The notes below the pieces were generated by a model. That model was not told the origin of the DNA. It saw only the letters and a program-made list of their open reading frames with translations, and did not search any database. From NCBI GenBank assembly GCA_024691085.1, contig JAILNX010000018.1:156591-220590 (forward strand): a DNA stretch of 64,000 nt, in the 5' to 3' direction. This document shows positions 38,589-46,604 of the stretch, piece after piece. Position numbers and translations under genes: made by a program. Each line of letters starts with the position of its first letter. Position 1 is the stretch's first letter. This DNA comes from Clostridiales bacterium (GTDB taxonomy: Bacteria; Bacillota; Clostridia; Christensenellales; CAG-138).

Positions 38589-41500
38589 TTGACTTACACG
38601 TCCGATACATACGCACTTCTCTCCCCCTCCGAGGCGCTCGATCTTTCGCTTTTCATGCGCGGGACCGTCGATATGCGCCTTATTTCGGAGCGAACGGGAA
38701 TGACGCCCGACGCGTTATTTAAGAAGCTTTCGGGACTTATCTATTACGATCCGGAGCTCGACGCGCTCGTTCCGGCGGACGAATACCTTTCAGGGAACGT
38801 ACTTAAGAAGCTGAATACCGCCAAACGGTTCGAGAAGTCCGAATCTGAATTCGGCGCGCCCGACCGCGGGTTCGCCGTCGATTACGGCGTGAACATAAGA
38901 GCTCTCGAGCGCGTGATGCCTCCAATGGTCAAGGCTGAGGATATCCGCGCATCGATAGGCAGTCCGTGGATCCCCGCGTGGGTATACCGCGATTTTCTTA
39001 TCGCGCTCATCGGCATAAAGCCCGTCGGCGGCAAGAAGCCGCGTCTCATCGTCGAATACGTCAAGGCCGCGAACCATTACATCATTCACGGCAAGAAGCC
39101 TTACCGGGACTATACGCGCGCGAAGCTGACCTACGGCACCGAAAGGATGAACGCGTTCGACATAGTCGAAAAGCTTTTAAACTCCGGCGAGGTGGTCGTT
39201 TACGACACGAGCTATTCCGCCGGAAAGGGCATGCCCGTAAGAAGGATCAACCGCTCGGAGACGCTGCTCGCGCAGGAGCGCATGCGCCTTATCATGGAGA
39301 AGTTCTCCTATTGGCTTTTTCGCGACGAGCCGCGCCGCACGAGGCTGCTCACGCACTACAACGAGGCCTTCGGCGCGATACGCCCGCGTATTTATAATGG
39401 AAAGAACCTCATCCTCCCCGGCAAGAATTCCGACATAAAGCTTCAGGATTATCAGCTTGCCGCGGTCGCGAGGATAGTCGGCTCGAAGAACACCCTCCTC
39501 GCTCACCAGGTCGGCGCCGGCAAGACCTACGCGATGGCCGCCGCCGCGATGGAGCTTCGCAGGACGGGCATCTCGAAGCGGAACCTCTTCGTCGTGCCGA
39601 ACAACATACTCGATCAGTGGCATTCCGAGTTTCTTAAGCTCTATCCCGACGCGAAGCTGATCGTTATAGAGCCCAAGGATTTCACGCCCGCGAAGCGCAG
39701 AAAGGCGCTTGAGAAGATGATTGAGAGCGATTCGGACGCGATAATCATGGGCTACGGCTCGTTCTCGCTCATCCCACTTTCGAAAAAGGAGCGCGAGCAG
39801 GAGCTTATCGACCGCATGGCGGAGATCTCCGTTTCCATGCGGAACGCCGTCTACAACGACGCGTACATGGTTCTGAACCGTTATTCCGCGCGTCTTGAGC
39901 GCAGGCTGCAGAAGCTGTGGAGCGACGAAGCACCCGCCGGAGAGGACGATATCTGCTTCGACGATCTCGGCGTCGACACCATCTTCGTGGACGAGGCGCA
40001 CAACTTCAAGAACATCAGCATCGAGACCAAGCACGGGACTCTGCCGGGCCTCAACACCAAGGGCTCGAAGCGCTGCGACGACCTTATGGCAAAGGTGCGG
40101 TACATCCAGCGCACGCATTCGGGGCGCGGCGCCGTCTTCGCGACCGGCACGCCCATAACCAATTCGGTATCCGACCTTTACACCATGCTCCTCTACCTCG
40201 CCTATGAGAGGCTGAACGAGATGAATCTCGTCGAGTTCGACAACTGGGTAAAGCTCTTCTCCGAGGTCACCGAGGAGTTCGAGGTCGAGGCGAACGGCAT
40301 AGGCTACAGGCTGAGGCGCAGGCTGAGCCGCTATCACAATCTGCCGGAGCTGTCGCTGCTTCTTTCGGAGATCGCCGATCTTCATTTCTCACGCGACGAC
40401 GAGCAGAAGCTGCCCGCCTCCGTCAACTATTACAACTGCACCGTCCCCGCGTCGAAGGCTCTCCGCGATTACATCGGCGAGCTTGCCAGACGCGCGGAGC
40501 TAGTCAAGGCGGGCATGGTCCCGAGGACCGAGGACAATATGCTGAAGATCACGACCGACGGACGCAAGGCGGCGCTCGACATGCGCCTAGTCGATCCCAA
40601 CGCGGAGGACAGTCCCGATTCGAAGCTGAACACCTGCGTGAGGAAGGTCTTCGAAATATGGAGCTCCAACCCCACGGTCACGCAGCTGGTCTTCCTCGAT
40701 CAGTCCACCCCGAAGGACGATTTCAACCTGTACGACGATATGAAGGACAAGCTCTCGGCGCTCGGCGTGCCGAGGAAGGAGATCGCCTTCGTGCACGACG
40801 CCGTGAACGACACCATGCGCACGAGCCTGTTCAATAAAGTTAGAAGAGGCGACGTAAGGATCCTCATCGGCTCCACGTTCAAGCTCGGCATTGGCGCGAA
40901 CGTCCAGGACAAGCTGTGGGCCGTCCATCACCTCGACATCCCCTGGCGCCCCTCCGACGTAACGCAGAGGGAGGGCCGTATGCTCCGCCAGGGCAACCGC
41001 AACGACGAGGTCGCGATCTACCGCTACATCACGAGCGGCAGCTTCGACGCGTACTCGTGGCAGCTGCTTGAGAACAAACAGCGGTTCACCTCGCAGATAG
41101 TCGGAGGCGACTACACCTCGAGGAGCGGCGACGAGGTCGACGAAATCGTCCTGACCTATTCCGAGGTCAAGTCCCTTGCCGTCGGCAACCCCCTTATCAA
41201 GAAACGCATAGAGCTTGAGACCGACATCCAGAGGAAGGGCACCCTGCGCGCAAGGATAGAGAAGGCGAAGGACGCCGCGCGCGAGCAGCTCCTTCTGATC
41301 CCCGCGAGGGAGACGCAGATGAAGGACGCGATCGAGAGGCTCACCGCCGACGCTAAGCAGGCCGAAAGCACGCAGACGCTCGCCTACTCGGTCACAATAT
41401 TCGACGAGGAGTATTCGAGAAGGCGTGACGCTGGCGAAAGGCTTATCGAGCTTCTAGCGGAATACGCTTACGTCAGGGAGCCCGTGGAGATCGGCTCGTA

Positions 41501-41807
41501 CAGGGGCTTTAAGCTGTTCCTGACGACCGACTCGTCGGGCCTTCACAGGATATTCACCGTGAACGGTCTTAACGCATATCCCTTCGAGGTCAGCGAATCG
41601 CCGCAGGGACAGGCGCAGAGGCTCGACAACGCGGTGAACGGCATCGCGAAGAGGCTCGAGGACGCGAAGACCGCGCTCGAATCCCTCGAACAGGACAGGA
41701 AGCTCCTTGAGGACGAGATCGCCGCGGCGAACCCCTACGACGCGGAGCTCGCTAAACTCTCGAAGCAGCTGAGGAAGGTCAGCCGCGAGCTCGGTATCGA
41801 CGACTGA
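38589..41807 (+). CDS. SNF2/DEAH-family helicase, homologous to the helicase half of large methylase-helicase proteins (COG4646-like)
   Basis: ADEYLSGNVLKKL linker motif; LLAHQVGAGKTYAM (motif I); FVDEAHNFKN (DEAH); helicase-C region with QREGRMLRQGN. Start uncertain: the TTG at 38589 has an AAGAGG RBS downstream of the promoter; alternatives are the ATG at 38655 and the ORF-track maximum at 38415. Confidence 0.85.
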   Translation: MTYTSDTYALLSPSEALDLSLFMRGTVDMRLISERTGMTPDALFKKLSGLIYYDPELDALVPADEYLSGNVLKKLNTAKRFEKSESEFGAPDRGFAVDYGVNIRALERVMPPMVKAEDIRASIGSPWIPAWVYRDFLIALIGIKPVGGKKPRLIVEYVKAANHYIIHGKKPYRDYTRAKLTYGTERMNAFDIVEKLLNSGEVVVYDTSYSAGKGMPVRRINRSETLLAQERMRLIMEKFSYWLFRDEPRRTRLLTHYNEAFGAIRPRIYNGKNLILPGKNSDIKLQDYQLAAVARIVGSKNTLLAHQVGAGKTYAMAAAAMELRRTGISKRNLFVVPNNILDQWHSEFLKLYPDAKLIVIEPKDFTPAKRRKALEKMIESDSDAIIMGYGSFSLIPLSKKEREQELIDRMAEISVSMRNAVYNDAYMVLNRYSARLERRLQKLWSDEAPAGEDDICFDDLGVDTIFVDEAHNFKNISIETKHGTLPGLNTKGSKRCDDLMAKVRYIQRTHSGRGAVFATGTPITNSVSDLYTMLLYLAYERLNEMNLVEFDNWVKLFSEVTEEFEVEANGIGYRLRRRLSRYHNLPELSLLLSEIADLHFSRDDEQKLPASVNYYNCTVPASKALRDYIGELARRAELVKAGMVPRTEDNMLKITTDGRKAALDMRLVDPNAEDSPDSKLNTCVRKVFEIWSSNPTVTQLVFLDQSTPKDDFNLYDDMKDKLSALGVPRKEIAFVHDAVNDTMRTSLFNKVRRGDVRILIGSTFKLGIGANVQDKLWAVHHLDIPWRPSDVTQREGRMLRQGNRNDEVAIYRYITSGSFDAYSWQLLENKQRFTSQIVGGDYTSRSGDEVDEIVLTYSEVKSLAVGNPLIKKRIELETDIQRKGTLRARIEKAKDAAREQLLLIPARETQMKDAIERLTADAKQAESTQTLAYSVTIFDEEYSRRRDAGERLIELLAEYAYVREPVEIGSYRGFKLFLTTDSSGLHRIFTVNGLNAYPFEVSESPQGQAQRLDNAVNGIAKRLEDAKTALESLEQDRKLLEDEIAAANPYDAELAKLSKQLRKVSRELGIDD

Positions 41808-41837
41808 CGGGCCTAAACGGATCATATATCAAAGGTC

Positions 41838-41866
41838 TTGACAAAAAGTGATTTTTGTCCGATAAT
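41838..41866 (+). promoter_or_regulatory. Own promoter of the SPFH gene
   Basis: TTGACA (41838-41843), 17-nt spacer, GATAAT (41861-41866). Confidence 0.6.
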
Positions 41867-41902
41867 ATAAAAAATGAAATTCCAGAAAGGAGATCAAATA
41901 AA

Positions 41903-43285
41903 ATGGGTCTTATCAAAGCTGTGGCCGGTGCTGTCGGCGGCGTTCTTGCCGATTCCTGGCTTGAGTTTTTCTACTGTGACGCGATCCCCGAGAACACGCT
42001 TGCCGTCAAGGGCAAAAAGCGCGTTTCCGGTCGTTCGAGCAACGTAAAGGGCGAGGACAACATCATCTCCAATGGTTCCCGCATTGCGGTCGCCGACGGT
42101 CAGTGCATGATCATCGTCGATAACGGTACCGTCGTTGAGCTCTGCGCCGAGCCCGGTGAGTTCATTTTCGACTCCTCCTCCTCCCCCTCCATCTTCGCGG
42201 GCAAGTTCGGTCAGAGCCTGATCGACACCTTCAAGGAGTTCTGGGACAGGTTCAAACACGGCGGCGGAGCCGCGAGGGATCAGCGTGTTTATTATATCAA
42301 CACGAAGGAGATCATCGGCAACAAGTACGGCACCGCCAATCCCGTTCCCTTCCACGTCTCCTACCCCGAGATCAATCTTGAGAGGGACGTATCCATCAAG
42401 TGTTTCGGCGAATACTCCTATGAGGTCTCGAACCCCATACTGTTCTACACTCACGTCTGCGGCAACTTCGAAGGCAGGTACGACAGGGACAGGATCGACA
42501 GCCAGCTCAAGACCGAGCTTCTTACCGCCCTCCAGCCCGCCCTCTATAAGGTCTCCGAGCAGGGCATACGGTACAGCGCTCTTCCCGGTCACACCACCGA
42601 GATCGCAAACGCGCTCAACAACGAGCTTTCCGATAAGTGGGTCAACCTCCGCGGTATCTCCGTGGTATCCTTCGGCGTCAGCTCCGTCACCGCCAACAAG
42701 GAAGACGAAGACGCTATCAAGGAGCTCCAGACTCACGCCGCTCTCCGTGATCCCGGCATGGCCGCGGCTCACATGGCCGGTTCCTACGCGACCGCGATGC
42801 AGGACGCCGCTAAGAACGAAGGCGGCGCGTTCCTCGGCTTCGCCGGTCTGAACGCAGTAGGCGGCGCAGGCGGCGCTGCTGTGACCAATATGTATCAGAT
42901 GGCCGGTCAGCAGCAGACTCAGCAGCCTGCGGCGAATTCCTGGACCTGCGTCTGCGGCGCTGTCAACCAGGGCAACTTCTGCCAGACCTGCGGCAAGCCC
43001 AAGCCCGCTCCTGCCGGAAGCTGGACCTGTGAGTGCGGCTCCGTCAACCAGGGCAAGTTCTGCCAGAACTGCGGAAAGCCCAAGCCCGGCGAGACCGTCG
43101 GCTGGACCTGCTCCTGCGGCGCCGTGAACGGCGGCAAGTTCTGCCAGAGCTGCGGCAAGCCCAAGCCCGCCGAGGCTCCCCTCTACCGCTGCGACAAGTG
43201 CGGCTGGGAGCCCGAAGATCCCGCCAATCCCCCCAGGTTCTGCCCGGAGTGCGGCGATCCCTTCAACGAGAACGACATAAGGTAA
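41903..43285 (+). CDS. SPFH/band-7-like protein with C-terminal zinc-ribbon array (YdjI / COG4260-like)
   Basis: MGLIKAVAGAVGGVLADSWLEFFYCD... N-terminus. Three 27-aa tandem repeats WTCxCGxVNxGxFCQxCGKPKP plus a fourth ribbon CDKCG...CPECG. AAGGAGA RBS. Confidence 0.85.
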   Translation: MGLIKAVAGAVGGVLADSWLEFFYCDAIPENTLAVKGKKRVSGRSSNVKGEDNIISNGSRIAVADGQCMIIVDNGTVVELCAEPGEFIFDSSSSPSIFAGKFGQSLIDTFKEFWDRFKHGGGAARDQRVYYINTKEIIGNKYGTANPVPFHVSYPEINLERDVSIKCFGEYSYEVSNPILFYTHVCGNFEGRYDRDRIDSQLKTELLTALQPALYKVSEQGIRYSALPGHTTEIANALNNELSDKWVNLRGISVVSFGVSSVTANKEDEDAIKELQTHAALRDPGMAAAHMAGSYATAMQDAAKNEGGAFLGFAGLNAVGGAGGAAVTNMYQMAGQQQTQQPAANSWTCVCGAVNQGNFCQTCGKPKPAPAGSWTCECGSVNQGKFCQNCGKPKPGETVGWTCSCGAVNGGKFCQSCGKPKPAEAPLYRCDKCGWEPEDPANPPRFCPECGDPFNENDIR

Positions 43286-43296
43286 CAAGCAAGAAT

Positions 43297-43333
43297 AAAG
43301 AGCCTTCCTCTTTTCGGGAAGGCTCTTTTTTGG
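43297..43333. terminator. Bidirectional terminator
   Basis: AAAGAGCCTTCC / GGAAGGCTCTTT, a 12-bp stem with a T-run. Confidence 0.75.
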
Positions 43334-43336
43334 GGT

Positions 43337-44818
43337 TTATTTCTTTCTCTTTGAAAGGTAAACGATGAACAGAATGAGTATCGCGAGGAGTATGAACACC
43401 GTGCCGCCGGCAAACGCGGCAAGTCCGCGCTTCCCCATCCTTTGGATGGGCGTCGTCGGCGCTTCCGTCGGTTTAGCGGTGGGATCGATCGTCGGCTCGG
43501 GAGTCGGCGCTTCGGTCGGCTGGGGCGTAAGCTCGGGAGTCGGCTCAGGCGTCGCGGTAGGCTCGGGAGTCGGAGTCTCGGTCGGAGCGGGAGGAACGTA
43601 ATTCGTAAGAACCTCCGGCGGGATATTCTCGAACATATCGTTTATGCCGGTGTCCTTGCCGACGGTCGTGAAGGCAAGTCCGAACTTTTCAAGGCTGGCC
43701 TCGTTCTTGTTGTTGCAGGGGTGGTTCGCCTGGTTCTGCGACTTATGGCAGTCGTACGCCTTCTGCGCGACCTCCCACGCGGTCATGCCGCCGAAAGCCT
43801 CGAGCGGCACCGTCGCGGAGATGAATATCGGGTTTTCCTTATATAGATGCAGATACAGCTTCTTGACCTGCCACGTCCCGTAGATCTCATACGATTCGGG
43901 ATCGTACGAGGGGTTCGCCGCGTCTATCACCGCGTACTGCGCCGCGCTCGACACGACGACGTGCTGCCAGTGACCGTATTCGCCCCTCGTGTCGTGCGTG
44001 ATGACGACCTCGGGTTTGACCCTTCTTATGTATCTTACGATCTCTCTTTCGACGTCCTCGACCTTGAACTCGTCGGCGCGCTCCTCCTTCTGGCGGTTCG
44101 ACACGTCCGCCATGCCCGCGAAATGCGGATAGGTCCTAAGGCCCATTATCCACGCGCCGTTCAGCGCCTCCGAGCGGCGTACGCGCTTCCTTGAGACCAT
44201 ATAGAGCAGTGAGCCCGAAAGCCCGCGCTCCGCGCCGTAGGTGGGGATCATCGCGCCCATGAAGATCGTGTCGTCGTCGGGATGCGTCGAGATCACGAGG
44301 AAGTCCGTCTTTTCGGGAGTCGGCAGCCAGGGATGGTAATCATAAGGAGCGCCGCCCGAATAGGGTATGAGCGTCGCGAGCCACGCCTCTCCGCCTGCTC
44401 TGATGCGGACGCCGGCTATGCCGTCTCCCACCTCAAAGCCGGAGTTCCAGAACCTGTCGCCCTCGCGTGTTTCCACGACGTCGCCGGAAGCGTTAAGGAG
44501 CTCGACCGTAAACGGAGCGGGATCGACGCCCTGCTTGTCCGTCCACTCCCAGTAGACGAAATCGACGTTCTGCCCCGCCCACGAGACCGATACCCACGCG
44601 TCCTTCGGGAGCCTTACGAGCGTGGTGTAATCGCTGTCGCCCAAGAGGGTTTTAAGATGCTGCGTGCCCGTCGAGCACGAATAGGAACAGTTCTTCGAGA
44701 GGTTCACAGGCGCCTGTTCCCCCGTCGCCGAGGCGATCCCCGAAACGGGCAGGAGGAGCAGAATGATCAGCGCGGCCGCAAGCAGTCTTTTATTCGTTTT
44801 TCCGACATTTTTCATCAT
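43337..44818 (-). CDS. Secreted, C-terminally anchored PIG-L/LmbE-family deacetylase
   Basis: Signal peptide MMKNVGKTNKRLLAAALIILLLLPVSG. PIG-L motifs ISTHPDDD and HWQH. Pro/Thr/Glu-rich linker followed by a TM helix and KRKK. The ORF-track start at 45004 is an extension across a terminator and promoter. Confidence 0.8.
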   Translation of the reverse strand: MMKNVGKTNKRLLAAALIILLLLPVSGIASATGEQAPVNLSKNCSYSCSTGTQHLKTLLGDSDYTTLVRLPKDAWVSVSWAGQNVDFVYWEWTDKQGVDPAPFTVELLNASGDVVETREGDRFWNSGFEVGDGIAGVRIRAGGEAWLATLIPYSGGAPYDYHPWLPTPEKTDFLVISTHPDDDTIFMGAMIPTYGAERGLSGSLLYMVSRKRVRRSEALNGAWIMGLRTYPHFAGMADVSNRQKEERADEFKVEDVEREIVRYIRRVKPEVVITHDTRGEYGHWQHVVVSSAAQYAVIDAANPSYDPESYEIYGTWQVKKLYLHLYKENPIFISATVPLEAFGGMTAWEVAQKAYDCHKSQNQANHPCNNKNEASLEKFGLAFTTVGKDTGINDMFENIPPEVLTNYVPPAPTETPTPEPTATPEPTPELTPQPTEAPTPEPTIDPTAKPTEAPTTPIQRMGKRGLAAFAGGTVFILLAILILFIVYLSKRKK

Positions 44819-44824
44819 ATCGCA

Positions 44825-44853
44825 ATTATAGCACCGGTGCGGAATGAAATCAA
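44825..44853 (-). promoter_or_regulatory. Promoter placed for a leaderless deacetylase mRNA
   Basis: Minus strand: TTGATT (44848-44853), 17-nt spacer, TATAAT (44825-44830), then 6 nt to the ATG at 44818. No SD sequence. Confidence 0.5.
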
Positions 44854-44897
44854 CCGCGCAAAAAAAGAGAGCCATAAAGGCTCTCGCATGGGATCCG

Positions 44898-45116
44898 TTA
44901 CGCCGCGTGCACGATCTCGAGAAGTTCCTCGACGGTATCGAACTCCGTCTCCTCGGGGAGATACATGTCGTACTCGTTCTCAACGTCGAGCTTGAGCTCT
45001 TCAACGTCGAAGAGGTCGAGGTTCAGTTCGCGCATCTTGCTTTCGGGCTTGATCTCCTCAACAGGAGTTCCCGAAAGACGGTTGATCGTCTTCCTGAGAA
45101 AGTCGAAAATATCCAT
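44898..45116 (-). CDS. Acyl-carrier-protein-like small acidic protein lacking the phosphopantetheine Ser
   Basis: 72 aa. ...MRELNLDLFDVEELKLDVENEYDMYLPEE aligns by eye to the ACP DSL helix-II region, but reads D-L-F. GGAGGA RBS. Confidence 0.55.
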   Translation of the reverse strand: MDIFDFLRKTINRLSGTPVEEIKPESKMRELNLDLFDVEELKLDVENEYDMYLPEETEFDTVEELLEIVHAA

Positions 45117-45188
45117 TTTTCCTCCAATAATGCCGAATAATAAAGCAATAAATAATTATGAGGTATCTCTTTAAAAAATACCTCAAAT

Positions 45189-45217
45189 ATTATAGCCGTA
45201 TCAACGCCATTTGTCAA
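45189..45217 (-). promoter_or_regulatory. Consensus promoter upstream of the ACP-like gene
   Basis: Minus strand: TTGACA (45212-45217), 17-nt spacer, TATAAT (45189-45194), followed by a 7-bp 5'-UTR hairpin. Confidence 0.55.
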
Positions 45218-45234
45218 GCGTTTTATTTGATTTT

Positions 45235-45639
45235 TTACAGATATTTCCTGATGAACTCGGGGCACTTGCCGTCGGTATTGATCTCGATGACAAAATCGGC
45301 GCCCGTTCTTATCGAAAAATCGTTGAAGAATTCGAACATTCCCTCAAGCGAATCAACGCTGTGTTTGATCAGTTTAATAAAGCTCAATACGTAGATCGCC
45401 TCAAGGTCGTGATCCTGCGCGGCGATACCCGAAACGAATCCCGAAAACATCTTCGGCCCCTCGATATGATACTCGGACGCGTCGATAAGCCTGATCCCGC
45501 TGTCGAGATCGTAGATGTGCTTATCGTCCTTGTCGATCACAACGATGCTGCCCTTCGCGTTTTTAAATCTCTCGTTGGCCATATTGCACAGCTCACGGCT
45601 CATACCCTCGCCCCGACCGCCGTACAGCACCTTTATCAT
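45235..45639 (-). CDS. Hypothetical protein with a degenerate P-loop-like N-terminus
   Basis: 134 aa. MIKVLYGGRGEGMS resembles GxxGxGK[ST] but has Met in place of Lys. GGAGGTG RBS. Confidence 0.55.
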   Translation of the reverse strand: MIKVLYGGRGEGMSRELCNMANERFKNAKGSIVVIDKDDKHIYDLDSGIRLIDASEYHIEGPKMFSGFVSGIAAQDHDLEAIYVLSFIKLIKHSVDSLEGMFEFFNDFSIRTGADFVIEINTDGKCPEFIRKYL

Positions 45640-45739
45640 CTCGCCACCTCCGTTTGTTTTGTTAAGTAAATCATATCATATTTCACAGGTTAAAGCAACA
45701 TCAAAAAGAGGCAAAAAAGGCAAATCTTTTGCGCGCGTA

Positions 45740-45768
45740 TTGACACCCGCGTATGGAACGTGTAAGAT
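45740..45768 (+). promoter_or_regulatory. Promoter placed for a leaderless YdcF-family mRNA
   Basis: TTGACA (45740-45745), 17-nt spacer, TAAGAT (45763-45768), then 7 nt to the ATG at 45776. No SD sequence. Confidence 0.45.
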
Positions 45769-45775
45769 TTTACGT

Positions 45776-46561
45776 ATGGAAACGAACGTGAAAAAACGCT
45801 TCCCATTGGGAAGGATACTGCTTATTCTTTCGGGACTTCTTCTGATCGCCGACGCGGTCTTCGTCATGGGCAGGATCAGCATGAATCTCGGCGTGATGCT
45901 CCCGCTCGTCGCGGGCATACCCCTCCTCCTTATCGGCTTATTCCTCCCGGGCTTCAGAAAGCTCGTGAAGAGGAGCAGGATAATTCGCGCAATAGCCTTT
46001 CTCATCTCGCTCGTCTATCTTCTGTCCGCGCTCGCGTTCGCGGTGACGACGGGGCTCATACTCGCTAACTCCGCGGAGCCCGCCGATGGCGCGGACGTTG
46101 TGATCGTTCTCGGCGGCGGAATTCGCGGAAGGACGCCCACGCTTTCGCTAAAATACCGTCTCGATGCGGCGAAGGAATACCTTGACCGCAATCCCGACAC
46201 CGTCGTTATCCTAAGCGGCGGGCGCGGCTCGGACGAGGCGGTCTCCGAGGCCGAGGTCATGAGGGATTATCTCGTTTTGCGCGGCGTTCCCGAGGAGCGC
46301 ACGATCATGGAGGACAGATCCTCGAGCACCGAGGAGAACTTCCGCTTCTCGAAGGCGATAATCGACGAAAGGTTCGGCGAAGGCGCAGTCGCGGTATTCG
46401 CAACTAACCGATTCCATGTGTTTCGCTCGGAGCTCGTAGCGCGGCGCGAAGGACTCTCCGCGGAGGGAATACCCGCCCCGGGGGTATGGTACATCACCCC
46501 GAACGACTACATGCGCGAGTGCGTCGCGATAGTGATCTATTTCCTTAAGGGAAAGATATGA
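45776..46561 (+). CDS. YdcF/SanA/ElyC (DUF218) family membrane protein
   Basis: N-terminal TM helices followed by the DUF218 core (VVIVLGGG...ILSGGRG...TNRFHVFR). Confidence 0.8.
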   Translation: METNVKKRFPLGRILLILSGLLLIADAVFVMGRISMNLGVMLPLVAGIPLLLIGLFLPGFRKLVKRSRIIRAIAFLISLVYLLSALAFAVTTGLILANSAEPADGADVVIVLGGGIRGRTPTLSLKYRLDAAKEYLDRNPDTVVILSGGRGSDEAVSEAEVMRDYLVLRGVPEERTIMEDRSSSTEENFRFSKAIIDERFGEGAVAVFATNRFHVFRSELVARREGLSAEGIPAPGVWYITPNDYMRECVAIVIYFLKGKI

Positions 46562-46564
46562 CAA

Positions 46565-46599
46565 ACAAAAAAGACCTGCGAAGGCAGGTCTTTTTTTTT
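46565..46599. terminator. Bidirectional terminator
   Basis: A-run, AGACCTGC-GAAG-GCAGGTCT, T9. Confidence 0.8.
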
Positions 46600-46604
46600 G
46601 CCTT

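Noticed and set aside
38415-43285. Helicase plus SPFH/zinc-ribbon genes as a two-gene defence island or ICE/prophage remnant.
   Set aside because: There is no integrase, relaxase, nuclease, methylase or flanking direct repeats. The two genes have separate consensus promoters, and composition matches the flanks. It is kept only as a helicase-centred finding.
43440-43600. Apparent DNA tandem repeats (GGCTCGGGAGTCGG-type).
   Set aside because: They encode the Pro/Thr/Glu-rich linker of the PIG-L deacetylase on the minus strand. This is coding low complexity, not a non-coding repeat.
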